From Pseudobdellovibrionaceae bacterium (lineage in GTDB: Bacteria > Bdellovibrionota > Bdellovibrionia > Bdellovibrionales > Bdellovibrionaceae): a DNA stretch of 64,000 nucleotides. The position numbers and the translations under genes were made by a program. This document shows positions 47,952 through 58,472 of the stretch, one piece after another. Below the pieces are notes generated by a model. It was given only the letters and a program-made list of their open reading frames with translations. It was not told the origin of the DNA and did no database searches. The DNA is taken from NCBI GenBank assembly GCA_016719575.1, contig JADJYV010000008.1:15440-79439 (forward strand), written 5' to 3'. The number at the start of each line of letters is the position of its first letter. Positions within the stretch are counted from its first letter, which is position 1.

Positions 47952-48623
47952 ATGACACACAAAAAATTATACCAATTCGCACCTGCCCTCTTCTTTATCG
48001 CGAGCCTCACACTTTTTACTCCCACCTTAGTCGAGGCTTCTGCTGTCTCGGCGAGCAACTCCTACCAAGAAGTGAGCTATGAAGATCTCGTCAACGAACT
48101 TAACTCAAAACAGTCTAGTGCGGCGTTCAAGCAGAAAGCTCCTCAACAAGCAATGTATCTTGGTGTTGGATATGTGCACACCTACTCTCAAATGAACTTT
48201 AAAAATGCAACCACCGGTCGCTCGCAAAATGGTTTACAGCTTTCTACCACAATGAATTTAGACTCGCCAAATCTGTATGCAGAAGGGAGTTTTAGAAACT
48301 TCTCCGGCAGCACCCTTGCCAATGAAAATCTCCAAGTCTATCAGTTTGATGCACGCCTCGGCTACTTGCGGGACTTGTACGCCCCTTGGAAATACAATCT
48401 TTTTGCTGGTTTCGCTGGCCGCTTTATTGATGTTCATAATTCAGAAAAAAATTACGGCATCAGCGAATTCACCCCTTCATTTGCTGCTGGCTTTGGCGCG
48501 ATTGCCGAAATTCACCGCAATCTAAGGCTTGGCTTCGAAGTCGGGGGGCGCACCTCTATTCTTGGCAGAAATATCGATCGTGACTCCGTCGACTTTGTTA
48601 TCCGCCTGGACACCTCTCTGTAG
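47952..48623 (+). CDS. Putative outer-membrane beta-barrel protein
   Basis: The internal ATG at 47952 gives signal peptide MTHKKLYQFAPALFFIASLTLFTPTLVEASA. Alternating beta-strand-like segments follow. Confidence 0.55.
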   Translation: MTHKKLYQFAPALFFIASLTLFTPTLVEASAVSASNSYQEVSYEDLVNELNSKQSSAAFKQKAPQQAMYLGVGYVHTYSQMNFKNATTGRSQNGLQLSTTMNLDSPNLYAEGSFRNFSGSTLANENLQVYQFDARLGYLRDLYAPWKYNLFAGFAGRFIDVHNSEKNYGISEFTPSFAAGFGAIAEIHRNLRLGFEVGGRTSILGRNIDRDSVDFVIRLDTSL

Positions 48624-48624
48624 C

Positions 48625-49215
48625 ATGTCAGACGGCACCATTGCTTTTTTGATACTTCTGTTCAGTGTCTTTGGCGTGAGTTCAATCACAAATGTCTATC
48701 GCCAAAGGCGTTCATACAAAATACAACTCAAACCAAATTGTCTTCTCACTCGCCACCCTATTGTCTTTGTCACCGGACCGCGAAGTATTTTTTATTTTAA
48801 AAAATACTGGAATGCCTATCCGGAAATTTTAACAGAGCATGGATATGAAGTTTTCACTCTGCATCTCCCTTGGAGCGGCTCACAGCGAGGGGCTGTTTTA
48901 CAAAAATTTATACGCGAACAAGAGATCCTTAAAAAGAAATATCACTTTATATGTGATGAAATCACGAGTGCAGAATTGCATCCCCACTTCGAACAGTCAG
49001 GAGCCGTGGCGAGTCTCACCCAGTTTAAATCTACTAGCCCCAATGATAGGCAATCCAAAAATCTCCTTTTAAACATAGGGTACACTCTTCACACTCTCAG
49101 GTTTATTCACCAAAGGCTTCCGACCTCGGACGACCTTGGAGTTCACTTTCCTATAGGGGCAAGCCCTTTATTAAAAAGAATGCAGGTCCTTGCTGAACAA
49201 GATTTTCTGGCCTAA
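48625..49215 (+). CDS. Hypothetical membrane-anchored alpha/beta-hydrolase-like protein lacking an obvious nucleophile elbow
   Basis: ATG 48625 lies 1 nt after the upstream TAG. After a TM helix comes HPIVFVTGPRSIFYFKKYW...GYEVFTLHLPWSG, which is lipase-like. Where GxSxG would be expected the sequence reads FICDEIT. Confidence 0.45.
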   Translation: MSDGTIAFLILLFSVFGVSSITNVYRQRRSYKIQLKPNCLLTRHPIVFVTGPRSIFYFKKYWNAYPEILTEHGYEVFTLHLPWSGSQRGAVLQKFIREQEILKKKYHFICDEITSAELHPHFEQSGAVASLTQFKSTSPNDRQSKNLLLNIGYTLHTLRFIHQRLPTSDDLGVHFPIGASPLLKRMQVLAEQDFLA

Positions 49216-49261
49216 ACAAAATCGTCTTGCCACGGCAAGTTAATGATGTTGCAATCAAAAA

Positions 49262-49846
49262 ATGAGAGACGTAACCGACAATAAAAATGGCGCTCGAAAC
49301 ATCGCAAACTACATCCTGCAATTTGTAAAAAATCCCATTAGAGAAATCTCCCAGCTCCCCGAGTGGTCTTGGAGAACTGCAATTTGGGTTCAGATCATTC
49401 TCTCAATGATTTCAGGTGTTCTCGCTGGACTTATTAAACCTAACTTCTTTGGTGTTTTGTTTGGCATTATAATGTTGCCAGTCATATCCACCGTCATGGT
49501 GTCTCTCTTGACGGCTTTTCTGTATTACTATTTTCAAGTCTTTGAACAGAGAACAACACCGGCATTGCGACTTTTTGTCCTATCCGTTCTATCAAGTATT
49601 CCCTTTTTTATTTTTCAGATTGCTTCGCCTTGGATTCCGCCGATAACACTGGTCGGCTTCGCCTTTTCGTCAATGCTGTTGGCTGTAGGTCTTGGTGATA
49701 ATTTTCAGGTCGAAAAGAAGAAAGCTATTCGCTTAGCGATTGTCTTATTTTCTATTGTCTTGATTGTTTGGATTGGGAACCAAATAAATAGCTACCGAAT
49801 GGAGCGCTCCGCTGTTCAGCAGGCACGCCCCGACTATGGCAATTAA
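49262..49846 (+). CDS. Hypothetical polytopic membrane protein (Yip1-like topology)
   Basis: 194 aa with about 5 TM helices. Confidence 0.5.
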   Translation: MRDVTDNKNGARNIANYILQFVKNPIREISQLPEWSWRTAIWVQIILSMISGVLAGLIKPNFFGVLFGIIMLPVISTVMVSLLTAFLYYYFQVFEQRTTPALRLFVLSVLSSIPFFIFQIASPWIPPITLVGFAFSSMLLAVGLGDNFQVEKKKAIRLAIVLFSIVLIVWIGNQINSYRMERSAVQQARPDYGN

Positions 49847-50292
49847 GCTCTACCAGTCGAGCCAAAACCACCCACACCACGCTCGGTATCAGACAACTCA
49901 TCAACAATCTCAAATTGTGCTCGGATGACGGGTGCCATTACAAGCTGAGCCACTCGTTCTTGATCTTGAATCAAAATGGCCTCTTGTCCCAAATTTATAA
50001 CGATGATTTTTACTTCGCCTCGGTAGTCGGCATCAATGGTCCCCGGCGTATTCAGGACCGTCAGACCCTGTTTAGCAGCGAAACCACTGCGCGGACGCGA
50101 CTGAATCTCATATCCAAGGGGAATTTCAAAGCTTAGCCCTGTTGGAATCATCGCCCGTTCTCCTGGCTTCAAGGTCATATGTGTATTTAGCTGAGCACGC
50201 ACGTCAAAACCACTGGCTCCCGTCGATTGATAGCAAGGAAGTTCCCCTTTAAAATTTCCTAAAGTCTTAATCTTTAATTTAAGTGTATCCAT
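49843..50292 (-). CDS. dut: dUTP diphosphatase
   Basis: 149 aa from ATG 50292. Motifs GTIDADYRGE and RGVGGFGSTG. Confidence 0.93.
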   Translation of the reverse strand: MDTLKLKIKTLGNFKGELPCYQSTGASGFDVRAQLNTHMTLKPGERAMIPTGLSFEIPLGYEIQSRPRSGFAAKQGLTVLNTPGTIDADYRGEVKIIVINLGQEAILIQDQERVAQLVMAPVIRAQFEIVDELSDTERGVGGFGSTGRA

Positions 50293-50300
50293 AACTCTCC

Positions 50301-51566
50301 CTAAAACTCGAAATTTTTCCACCAACTTGAAAGCTCATCAACCCCGGCTCCCATTAATACGCCAGAAACCTTGTCCGTATTGAATCCGGTTTTGATAAAA
50401 TCATTCACTGACTTACGACTCACTTTTTGAATCTTTTGAATCACAGAATCCACTGAACGATACTCACCAAAAACCATTTCGTTCACAGCTATCGAAGACA
50501 TTCTGTTCTCAATATCATCAGAGCCCAGCAAAATACTACCAATAACTTGAGTCTTAAAAAGATCCACATCCGAGTTCGAAATTCCGCTCTGCTTTAACTT
50601 TTTAAACTCTTTAGAAACAAGCTCTGTCACTTTGCGGCAATTCTTAAGGTCAGTTCCTGCGTAAATCATCATAGAACCCGAATCCACAAAGGTATTGAGC
50701 ATGCTATGAATTGAGTAAACCAAACCTTTTTTCTCTCTGACACTTTGGTAAAGCTTTGATGTCATGCCGCCACCGAGCAAAGTGTTGACTATGTAAGCTT
50801 CAAAACGCTGTGGATCCTGAAAGCTCGCGGTCGGCAATCCTAAAAGCATATGGACTTGCTCAGAAGACTTCTCAACGGCCTCACGGGCTTTCTTCCAACG
50901 CGGTCTTTCCCGCTGATTCTGAAAATTGGCTTTCTTCTTTTTAGAAAGCTTATTTTCAACACCCTTTAAAAAGATTTGATGATCAATATCACCCGCGACA
51001 CTCACGATAATGTTTTTACCGGTATATCGAGATTTGTAATAGTTGGCCACCTTGGTTTTCGACATTTTCGCTACAGATTTAACGGAACCAAGAATGGGGG
51101 CCGACACAGGATTTCCAACGTATGCTTTTTCAAATAGAACATCATAAATTAACTCTTCAGGGTTGTCGTCCGTCATTGCAATTTCTTGTAATATGACTCC
51201 CTTTTCGAGACGAAAATCGTTGTTTGATATCTGCATATTGCTTACCAAGTCACACAAAATATCGAGAGCCTTTTGCCAATGATCTTTCAATACCAGGGCA
51301 TGATAACAAGTGTATTCACGGGTCGTATACGCATTGAGGTCCCCGCCAAGGGCCTCTAATGATCTTGCAATTTGATAGGCTGAGCGCGTCTTTGTACCTT
51401 TAAAAACCATATGCTCAAGTAAGTGAGAGATCCCCTCTTCACCTTCGACTTCATCACGAGTTCCCGTCAACACCCAGATGCCCATCGAAATAGCTCGGGA
51501 ATTAGGATGCTGTTCACTCAGCACCCTAATTCCGTTATCAAGTTCACTTTTTTTGAATTGAATCAT
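50301..51566 (-). CDS. M16-family zinc peptidase
   Basis: 421 aa with the inverted zinc motif HLLEHMVFKGT. It lies immediately after pnp. Confidence 0.88.
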   Translation of the reverse strand: MIQFKKSELDNGIRVLSEQHPNSRAISMGIWVLTGTRDEVEGEEGISHLLEHMVFKGTKTRSAYQIARSLEALGGDLNAYTTREYTCYHALVLKDHWQKALDILCDLVSNMQISNNDFRLEKGVILQEIAMTDDNPEELIYDVLFEKAYVGNPVSAPILGSVKSVAKMSKTKVANYYKSRYTGKNIIVSVAGDIDHQIFLKGVENKLSKKKKANFQNQRERPRWKKAREAVEKSSEQVHMLLGLPTASFQDPQRFEAYIVNTLLGGGMTSKLYQSVREKKGLVYSIHSMLNTFVDSGSMMIYAGTDLKNCRKVTELVSKEFKKLKQSGISNSDVDLFKTQVIGSILLGSDDIENRMSSIAVNEMVFGEYRSVDSVIQKIQKVSRKSVNDFIKTGFNTDKVSGVLMGAGVDELSSWWKNFEF

Positions 51567-53660
51567 CTAGTTAAGAGCAGCTCTTCTTGAAAGCTTAATG
51601 CGTCCGGCACGATCGACTTCTAGAACCTTCACATCAATCACTTCGCCCTCTTTGAGAACATCAGAGACACTGCGAATTCTCTCACTTGAAATTTCTGAAA
51701 TATGAAGCAAGCCCTGGGTGTTTGGCAGAATTTCTACGAAAGCCCCAAACTCAGCAATCTTAACAACTCGCCCTTTATAGATCTTGCCAACTTCAGCCTC
51801 AGCGCAAATATCGTTGATCATCGCGATTGCCTTTTTTGTAGCCTCAGGATCTGCAGACGCAATGTTAATAGTGCCATCATCTTGAATCTCAATCTTCACG
51901 CCTGTCGCCTCAGTAATTCCGCGAATCACCTTGCCGCCAGCACCGATAACTTCACGAATTTTATCTGGCTTGATTTTGATCGTCTCAATGCGTGGAGCAA
52001 ATTCAGAAATAGACCCACGTGGAGACTTCATCACTTTTTCCATCTCATTCAAAATATGAACCCGTCCATCTCTTGCTTGACCAAGCGCCTGTTCCATCAC
52101 CGCAAAAGACACTGAGTCAATTTTAATATCCATTTGCAAAGCCGTGATACCCGAAGTTGTTCCTGCTACTTTGAAGTCCATATCGCCCAAGTAATCTTCA
52201 TCACCAAGAATATCGGTCAAGACCGCAACACGTTCGCCCTCTTTAATCAGACCCATCGCAATACCGGCAACATTGCCCTTGATATGAACACCGGCATCTA
52301 ACATTGCCAAAGTTCCTGCGCAGACAGTTCCCATAGAGCTTGAGCCATTGGACTCAAGGACCTCCGAAACCACGCGAATAGTGTAAGGAAACTTCGCATG
52401 ATCAGGAAGCACAGCCTTTAGCGCGCGCTCCGCTAGATTTCCGTGACCAATCTCTCTGCGTCCCTGGCCACCAAAGCGTCCGACCTCGCCAACTGAGTAA
52501 GGTGGAAAGTTATAATGGAGCATAAACTTACGTGTTTGTGTTCCCATAAGAGCATCAACCATTTGCTCATCGTCAGCTGTGCCCAAAGTCACCGTACCTA
52601 AGCACTGAGTCTCACCACGAGTAAACAACCCCGAACCGTGAGCACGTGGAAGCAATCCCACTTCACAAGCAATGGGGCGAACAGTCTTCACATCGCGCCC
52701 GTCAATGCGAGTTCCCTTATCAAGAATCATATCGCGCGCAGCTTTGTATTTTAAATCTTCTACGATCATGGCTAATTCTTTTGTTCGAGTTGCAAGGAGC
52801 TCTTTATCTGTCATGGTCTCCAAAAGAACAGTTTTCGCCTCTGCATGAGCAGATTCCATAGCCGCATAGCGCTCCTGCTTTTCTTTTACAAGCAGAGCTT
52901 TTGCTACTTTGTCCTTCATCAGTTCTTCAGCTCGCATACGAAACTCTGGATCAATTTGCGGAGGAGTAAAGGCTCTCTTAGATTTTGACCCAACCTTTTC
53001 ACGAAGCTCATCTTGCGCATTCAATAACGGCATCATTGACTGGTGACCGAACTTCAAAGCAGCCAAGGCGTCGGCCTCACTAATAAACTTCGTCTCACCC
53101 TCAACCATCAAAAGACCGTTACGAGTTCCCGCAACGATAATGTCCATGTCTGACTTTTCCATCTGCTGAGGTGTGGGGTTCGCAATAAACTCACCATCAA
53201 CTCGACCGACTTGAATAGCCGCCGTAGGCCCACTAAATGGTATCTCCGACACATGCAAAGCCGCCGAAGCTCCTAAGCTTGCTAGTATTTCAACCGGAAA
53301 AGATCCATCGGCAGACAAAACTGTCGCAACGACCTGAGTTTCATTGCGATAGCCCTCTGGAAACAAGGGACGTATTGGACGATCAATCAAGCGGGCAGTT
53401 AGTACTGCATCGTTGGTTGGCTTTCCCTCACGCTTAAAATAACCGCCAGGAATTTTCCCGGTCGCATAAAATTTCTCAATGTACTCAACAGTTAGAGGAA
53501 AGAAATCCAATGTGGACGACTTCCTGCTGGATACTGCTGTCACGAGGACCATATTGTTACCGCAGGTAACAAGTGTGGATCCATCGGCTTGTTTTGCCAA
53601 ACGGCCTGTTTCGATGGTAATCTGTTTTCCGCCCACCGAAGTAGTAACAGTCGTTTTCAT
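51567..53660 (-). CDS. pnp: Polyribonucleotide nucleotidyltransferase (PNPase)
   Basis: 697 aa with two RNase PH domains, a KH domain (IREVIGAGGKVIRGI) and an S1 domain (GKIYKGRVVKIAEFGAFVEI). Confidence 0.97.
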   Translation of the reverse strand: MKTTVTTSVGGKQITIETGRLAKQADGSTLVTCGNNMVLVTAVSSRKSSTLDFFPLTVEYIEKFYATGKIPGGYFKREGKPTNDAVLTARLIDRPIRPLFPEGYRNETQVVATVLSADGSFPVEILASLGASAALHVSEIPFSGPTAAIQVGRVDGEFIANPTPQQMEKSDMDIIVAGTRNGLLMVEGETKFISEADALAALKFGHQSMMPLLNAQDELREKVGSKSKRAFTPPQIDPEFRMRAEELMKDKVAKALLVKEKQERYAAMESAHAEAKTVLLETMTDKELLATRTKELAMIVEDLKYKAARDMILDKGTRIDGRDVKTVRPIACEVGLLPRAHGSGLFTRGETQCLGTVTLGTADDEQMVDALMGTQTRKFMLHYNFPPYSVGEVGRFGGQGRREIGHGNLAERALKAVLPDHAKFPYTIRVVSEVLESNGSSSMGTVCAGTLAMLDAGVHIKGNVAGIAMGLIKEGERVAVLTDILGDEDYLGDMDFKVAGTTSGITALQMDIKIDSVSFAVMEQALGQARDGRVHILNEMEKVMKSPRGSISEFAPRIETIKIKPDKIREVIGAGGKVIRGITEATGVKIEIQDDGTINIASADPEATKKAIAMINDICAEAEVGKIYKGRVVKIAEFGAFVEILPNTQGLLHISEISSERIRSVSDVLKEGEVIDVKVLEVDRAGRIKLSRRAALN

Positions 53661-53800
53661 TCTTTCTCCTTGATTGTATACATCTCCCTCTTTTTTCTTT
53701 TTTGAGGGAAAGGGCCTTGTTGGCCATTCTTCATTTAGTTGCGCTTTATTTTTACTTTATATTTGAGAGAAGTCTAGTCTGAGACTTGACTAAAAACTAA

Positions 53801-53826
53801 AAAGGCCCGGTTGCCCGAGCCCTTTA
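53801..53826 (-). terminator. Stem-loop plus U-tract immediately after rpsO (terminator or processing hairpin ahead of pnp)
   Basis: Minus-strand sense AAAGGGCTCGG-gcaa-CCGGGCCTTTTT, starting 2 nt after the rpsO stop. Confidence 0.6.
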
Positions 53827-53827
53827 G

Positions 53828-54097
53828 CTACTTACGAATATCCAATTGCTTCAAGAGATTTTCGTACTTTTTAACATCGGTACGACGAACATAGTCGAGA
53901 AGTTTTCTTCTCTGATTAACCGCCGTCACCAATCCACGGCGACCATGATGATCTTTCTTATGAGTAGCAAAGTGTCCCGTTAATTCATTAATTTTAGAAG
54001 TCAAAAGCGCAATCTGAACCTCAGACGAACCTGTATCAAGATCTGATCTTTTAAACTTTTTGACGATTTGTGCTTTTGTCTCTTTTGTGACTGCCAT
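53828..54097 (-). CDS. rpsO: 30S ribosomal protein S15
   Basis: 89 aa, ...[34 protein letters not shown]... Confidence 0.97.
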   Translation of the reverse strand: MAVTKETKAQIVKKFKRSDLDTGSSEVQIALLTSKINELTGHFATHKKDHHGRRGLVTAVNQRRKLLDYVRRTDVKKYENLLKQLDIRK

Positions 54098-54214
54098 TAA
54101 AGTCTCCTTTTTTAGGTGTTATTGGGGTCCTTAGACTCCGAACCGACATTGGAACGTCATGGCTGTCGCCCCGTCAGTTTTAAGGTTTGGTTCTCCCACA
54201 CCCTCGTAAAGGGG

Positions 54215-55126
54215 TCAATACTTAATCACCCTTTTTATAACAAAACCTCGGTCTTTTTCAATACCTACGAGAGCTAAAAGCTTTCCTGAAATGAGCGATG
54301 AAACCTGAATGATTTCGTCTTCTTGAGGATCAAACATCGTGATGAGAAAAGACCGCAAATCATGACTGATTTGGCCATTAGCGAGGAGAGTCTGATCGTG
54401 ACCCTTGATTCGAACCCTTTTAACCGCTGGCAAAGCATGTTCAAGGGGAATCATCGCTGAGCAGGGGCGATTCTGTTGAATCAAAAGCTCAAGATCTTCC
54501 AATGCAACTGACTGCTCCAAAAAGTAGGGATCCGACCAATATCGAGTCAAAGCACTCATCGTAGCTCCACACCCGAGTTGTTTCCCTAAATGCGAGATCC
54601 ATGAGCGAATATAACTCCCCTTTGAACACTTTAACTTAAATTCGGCCTCTAAATTCTTAAATCCTAAAAACTCAATATCCCAAAACTTCATTTCTTTGAT
54701 TGGAATCTGCACGTCCTGTTCTTTGCGAGCATACTCATAAAGTTTTTGACCCTTAATTTTTATGGCAGAAAAAACCGGAACTTCCAAATTGAGGGTCCCA
54801 GAAAGTGCCAATCCCTTTTCTCGAACTTGAGGCTCGTTCACCATGACGTCAGAACATTTTAAAGTTTCTCCGGTAATATCGAGAGTGTCGGTCTCGACAC
54901 CAAGACGTGCTTTCAATTGATAGGCTTTATTGCCCTCTAATATGTACTGACTGAGTTTAGTCGCCTCACCAACGAGGGTTACCATCAGGCCTTCCGCCAT
55001 GGGATCGAGGGTTCCCGCGTGACCAACAGATCTTGTCTGTAATATTCGACGAACACGAGCGACCACATCGTGACTTGTGATTCCAGCGGGCTTTCGCACC
55101 AAAATCAAACCATGGAATGAGCTCAT
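54215..55126 (-). CDS. truB: tRNA pseudouridine(55) synthase
   Basis: 303 aa, GLILVRKPAGITSHDVV...VGHAGTLDPMAEG. Confidence 0.93.
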   Translation of the reverse strand: MSSFHGLILVRKPAGITSHDVVARVRRILQTRSVGHAGTLDPMAEGLMVTLVGEATKLSQYILEGNKAYQLKARLGVETDTLDITGETLKCSDVMVNEPQVREKGLALSGTLNLEVPVFSAIKIKGQKLYEYARKEQDVQIPIKEMKFWDIEFLGFKNLEAEFKLKCSKGSYIRSWISHLGKQLGCGATMSALTRYWSDPYFLEQSVALEDLELLIQQNRPCSAMIPLEHALPAVKRVRIKGHDQTLLANGQISHDLRSFLITMFDPQEDEIIQVSSLISGKLLALVGIEKDRGFVIKRVIKY

Positions 55127-55494
55127 TTGTTTTTCTTACGTTCTTCTTCGAGATCAGCAAGAATCCTCTCTACTTTAAGGATCTGCTCGGTATTTGAGTC
55201 GGCATGAAAGGTCAATTTAGGGCAGTAACGCATTTTAAGTTCTTTACCAATAAAACTTTGAACTTCAAAAGCTCGTGCTTGTAACAGTTCAATCGCCTCA
55301 TCCAAGTCTTCTTGGTTTCCTAGCAGGCTAATATAAACCTTTGCTGTTCTTAAATCTGCAGGCATTTGCACACGCGCGACCGTGACGAGCCCCGGAAGCG
55401 GCAACTTAAAGCCTGAAATCAAAAACTGGGCGACGGTCTGCTGAACTTCTCTTTCAACCCGAGCGACTCGGCGTCCGTCACCAGTGTTTTTCAT
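55123..55494 (-). CDS. rbfA: Ribosome-binding factor A
   Basis: 123 aa, R(V)ARVEREVQQTVAQFL... Its position between infB and truB supports the call. Confidence 0.9.
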   Translation of the reverse strand: MKNTGDGRRVARVEREVQQTVAQFLISGFKLPLPGLVTVARVQMPADLRTAKVYISLLGNQEDLDEAIELLQARAFEVQSFIGKELKMRYCPKLTFHADSNTEQILKVERILADLEEERKKNK

Positions 55495-58394
55495 TACGGG
55501 TTTGCCTCATGCCTTAACTCACGAGCAACTTCCTCTTTAACAAAGGCTTCAATTGCATCTCCGACTTTTAAATCATTAAAGTTCTCGATGCCGATTCCAC
55601 ACTCAAACCCAGTTGCGACTTCTTTCGCATCGTCTTTGAAACGTTTAAGTGAAGAAATCTTTCCTTCGTAAACAATTTTTCCATCACGAATGAGTCGAGC
55701 CATATTCGAGCGCTGAATTTTTCCGTCGACAACGAAACAGCCACCTATTGTGCCAACTTTAGGCACCGTAAAGGTATTTCGAACCTCAGCACGTCCCATG
55801 ACCTTCTCAACAATATCTGGAGTTAGAAGACCCGACATTGCCTTTTTGAGATCATCCACCAATTCGTAGACGATCGAATAAGTTCTAACATCAACTCCCA
55901 AACGCTTTGCCTGTGTTTGGGCACCGCTGTCTGGGCGTACATTAAAACCAATGATAATACCTTTTGCAGTATTCGCCAAAAGAACATCGGATTCGCTAAT
56001 TCCGCCGACTGCAGAGTGAATAATTTTAGTTTTAACCTCTGCTGTCGCAAGTTTCTGAATCATCCCGCTGACAGCCTCTAAAGAGCCATGCACGTCGGCC
56101 TTCAAGACGATTGCCAGCTCTTTGACGTCTCCTTGAGTTACTTTTGAGAAAATATCCTCTAAAGACATTTTTGAGGCTGGAATATGCTCCGCCTTTTTTG
56201 CCTGCTCTGCGCGAAGCTCCGAAACCTTAACCGCTGTTTCTTCGTCCTTGACCACGTCAAAACGATCTCCCGACGAAGGAGTCCCCTCAAGACCAAGAAC
56301 TTCAACGGGTATTCCGGGACCTGCTGATTGAACTCTCTCGCCTTTGTCGTTGGTTAAAGACCTCACGCGGCCTTTAATAGTTCCAGCAACGATATGCTGC
56401 CCTACTTTAATTGTCCCATCTTTAACAAGAAGAGTCGCAACATTGCCACGCCCTTTTTCCATTTTCGCTTCGATCACAAGTCCCGTGCCCGACCTGTCCG
56501 GATTTGCTTTGAGATCTTGAACCTCAGCGACCAAGTGGATGTTTTCGAGCAATTCTTTAATACCCGTTTTCTTCAAAGCAGAAACTTCGACAAAGATAGT
56601 ACTGCCGCCCCACTCTTCGGGGACGATTTCAAGTTCCGTTAACTGCTGCTTAATACGCTCAGGATTTGCACCCGGCTTGTCGATTTTATTAACTGCGACA
56701 ATGATAGGGACACCCGCTGCTTTAGCATGATTAATTGCCTCAGCCGTTTGCGGCATCATTCCGTCATCAGCGGCAACTACAATCACCGCTATATCCGTCG
56801 CATTCGCCCCCCGAGCCCTCATCGCTGTAAAAGCTTCGTGGCCGGGAGTATCTAAAAATGTAATCAAAGAGCCGTCTTCTAACGTCACACTGTAGGCACC
56901 GATGTGCTGGGTAATTCCCCCCGCTTCGCCAGCAGCTACGTTTGCTTTGCGAATAGCGTCCAACAAGCTTGTTTTACCATGGTCAACATGCCCCATGATC
57001 GTCACAACCGGAGGCCTTGCAATAAGTGCCGCATCAAGATCTCCAAAGGCCGTTTCAGTCGCCACATCCTCGGCTGTTTTAAAGACATTTTGCGCTTCCC
57101 ATCCGAATTCTGGGAGAATCAAAGCGATTGTATCAAAATCTAGCGAAGAATTCATGTTGGCCATGACGCCATTTTGCATCAACACTTTTATAAGTTGTGG
57201 AGCCTTCAAGCCCATTTCCATCGCCATGTCGCTCAATTTCATTGTGCTATTAACCTTAAGCACTCGTTTAAGTGCTTTTGGCGTTGTGATTTGAGTTTTT
57301 AAAGCCTGACGCTCTAACATGCCCTTCTTTTTCTTAGGCTGAAAAACCATCTCGCGCTTACGAAATTCAACAGCATTAAAATTAGCAATTTGTTCTTCTT
57401 GTTCACGTTCTTTAGCTGAAGGCCCCGCCACCGCCGGCGTTGCACTCCCTGCGCCAAAACGCTTCTTTTTGTCTTCGAACTTGCGACGCTCTTCTAGGAC
57501 CGCAGCCTCATCGATAAATTCTGGTTGAGACTGAGCGACAAAACCCGCACGCAGAGTTCTGTTTTGACCCGGGCGTGGCGGACCACTAAATCCACCTGTT
57601 CTAGGGCCCGTACCGAAACCGCGATCTCCAGCTCCAGACGCTTGTCCTCCGCCGCGATCTCCACCTCGGTCACCCTGAGCAGGACGCTGAGGGCCTTGTT
57701 GGGAAACACGAGACAAATCCATACGACCAATAATATTTTTACGTCCAATACTTGGCGCAGCTGTCGCGGCACTTGCCACGCCACTGCTGCCAACCGTTAC
57801 TTCCTTTTTTCTTGCTGCCAGCGGAACTGTCGCGATGGGAGCCGGAGTCGCTGCAACTGGCGCTGGGGGCGGAGTTACAATTACTGACTCTACGGGGGCA
57901 ACTTCGAGGGGCTCCATTTTTTTCTCGAGCGTCTTTGCAGCGGAAACCGTCAGATCATTAATTACCACCTCAACAGGCTCTTCATCTGCCACGACTTTTT
58001 TCCGAACAGCCTTAACTTTAGAGATTTCGATCGCTTCCTCTTCAGGCTCTGGCGTTACTTTTATTTTAACCTCAGCAACGGCCTCTTCTTCTGCCGCTGC
58101 CGCCTTTCGACGTACCACTGTCGATTTGGTTGATGCCGCTGGTGTCGTCACTTCCGCTGTCGGAGCCGCCACCTTTTTTGCGGGCGCCTTGCGAGTCGCT
58201 GCCTTCTTAGGCTTAGCCACATCTGAAGACCGTTCGCCACCACTGAGTTTTATTTTAATTTGCGCCAGAACCTCCGGTTCAATTTCAGACATGTGACTTT
58301 TAATGGGCAGGTGCCATTCGCGGATCTTGTCCATTAAAGCCAAGGGAGTCATTCCGATTTCTTTGGCAAATTCAAAAACTTTTGGATTACTCAA
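55494..58394 (-). CDS. infB: Translation initiation factor IF-2
   Basis: 966 aa with a TTG start after GGAG. The N-region is low-complexity Ala/Pro/Gly-rich. The G-domain carries [14 protein letters not shown] and NKID. Confidence 0.96.
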   Translation of the reverse strand: MSNPKVFEFAKEIGMTPLALMDKIREWHLPIKSHMSEIEPEVLAQIKIKLSGGERSSDVAKPKKAATRKAPAKKVAAPTAEVTTPAASTKSTVVRRKAAAAEEEAVAEVKIKVTPEPEEEAIEISKVKAVRKKVVADEEPVEVVINDLTVSAAKTLEKKMEPLEVAPVESVIVTPPPAPVAATPAPIATVPLAARKKEVTVGSSGVASAATAAPSIGRKNIIGRMDLSRVSQQGPQRPAQGDRGGDRGGGQASGAGDRGFGTGPRTGGFSGPPRPGQNRTLRAGFVAQSQPEFIDEAAVLEERRKFEDKKKRFGAGSATPAVAGPSAKEREQEEQIANFNAVEFRKREMVFQPKKKKGMLERQALKTQITTPKALKRVLKVNSTMKLSDMAMEMGLKAPQLIKVLMQNGVMANMNSSLDFDTIALILPEFGWEAQNVFKTAEDVATETAFGDLDAALIARPPVVTIMGHVDHGKTSLLDAIRKANVAAGEAGGITQHIGAYSVTLEDGSLITFLDTPGHEAFTAMRARGANATDIAVIVVAADDGMMPQTAEAINHAKAAGVPIIVAVNKIDKPGANPERIKQQLTELEIVPEEWGGSTIFVEVSALKKTGIKELLENIHLVAEVQDLKANPDRSGTGLVIEAKMEKGRGNVATLLVKDGTIKVGQHIVAGTIKGRVRSLTNDKGERVQSAGPGIPVEVLGLEGTPSSGDRFDVVKDEETAVKVSELRAEQAKKAEHIPASKMSLEDIFSKVTQGDVKELAIVLKADVHGSLEAVSGMIQKLATAEVKTKIIHSAVGGISESDVLLANTAKGIIIGFNVRPDSGAQTQAKRLGVDVRTYSIVYELVDDLKKAMSGLLTPDIVEKVMGRAEVRNTFTVPKVGTIGGCFVVDGKIQRSNMARLIRDGKIVYEGKISSLKRFKDDAKEVATGFECGIGIENFNDLKVGDAIEAFVKEEVARELRHEANP

Positions 58395-58472
58395 ATTTAT
58401 CTCCTAAATAATATTTCTAACTCACGTTGGCACCACTAGAGGGCCAACTCCTGTTCGCGAAAGATGAGGGAT

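Noticed and set aside
57525-58296. Long plus-strand ORFs (120 and 153 aa; Ala/Ser/Thr/Gly-rich) antisense to the infB N-terminal region.
   Set aside because: They are the mirror image of the low-complexity Ala/Pro/Gly-rich IF-2 N-domain. This is a typical antisense shadow ORF in a GC-richer repeat-like stretch.
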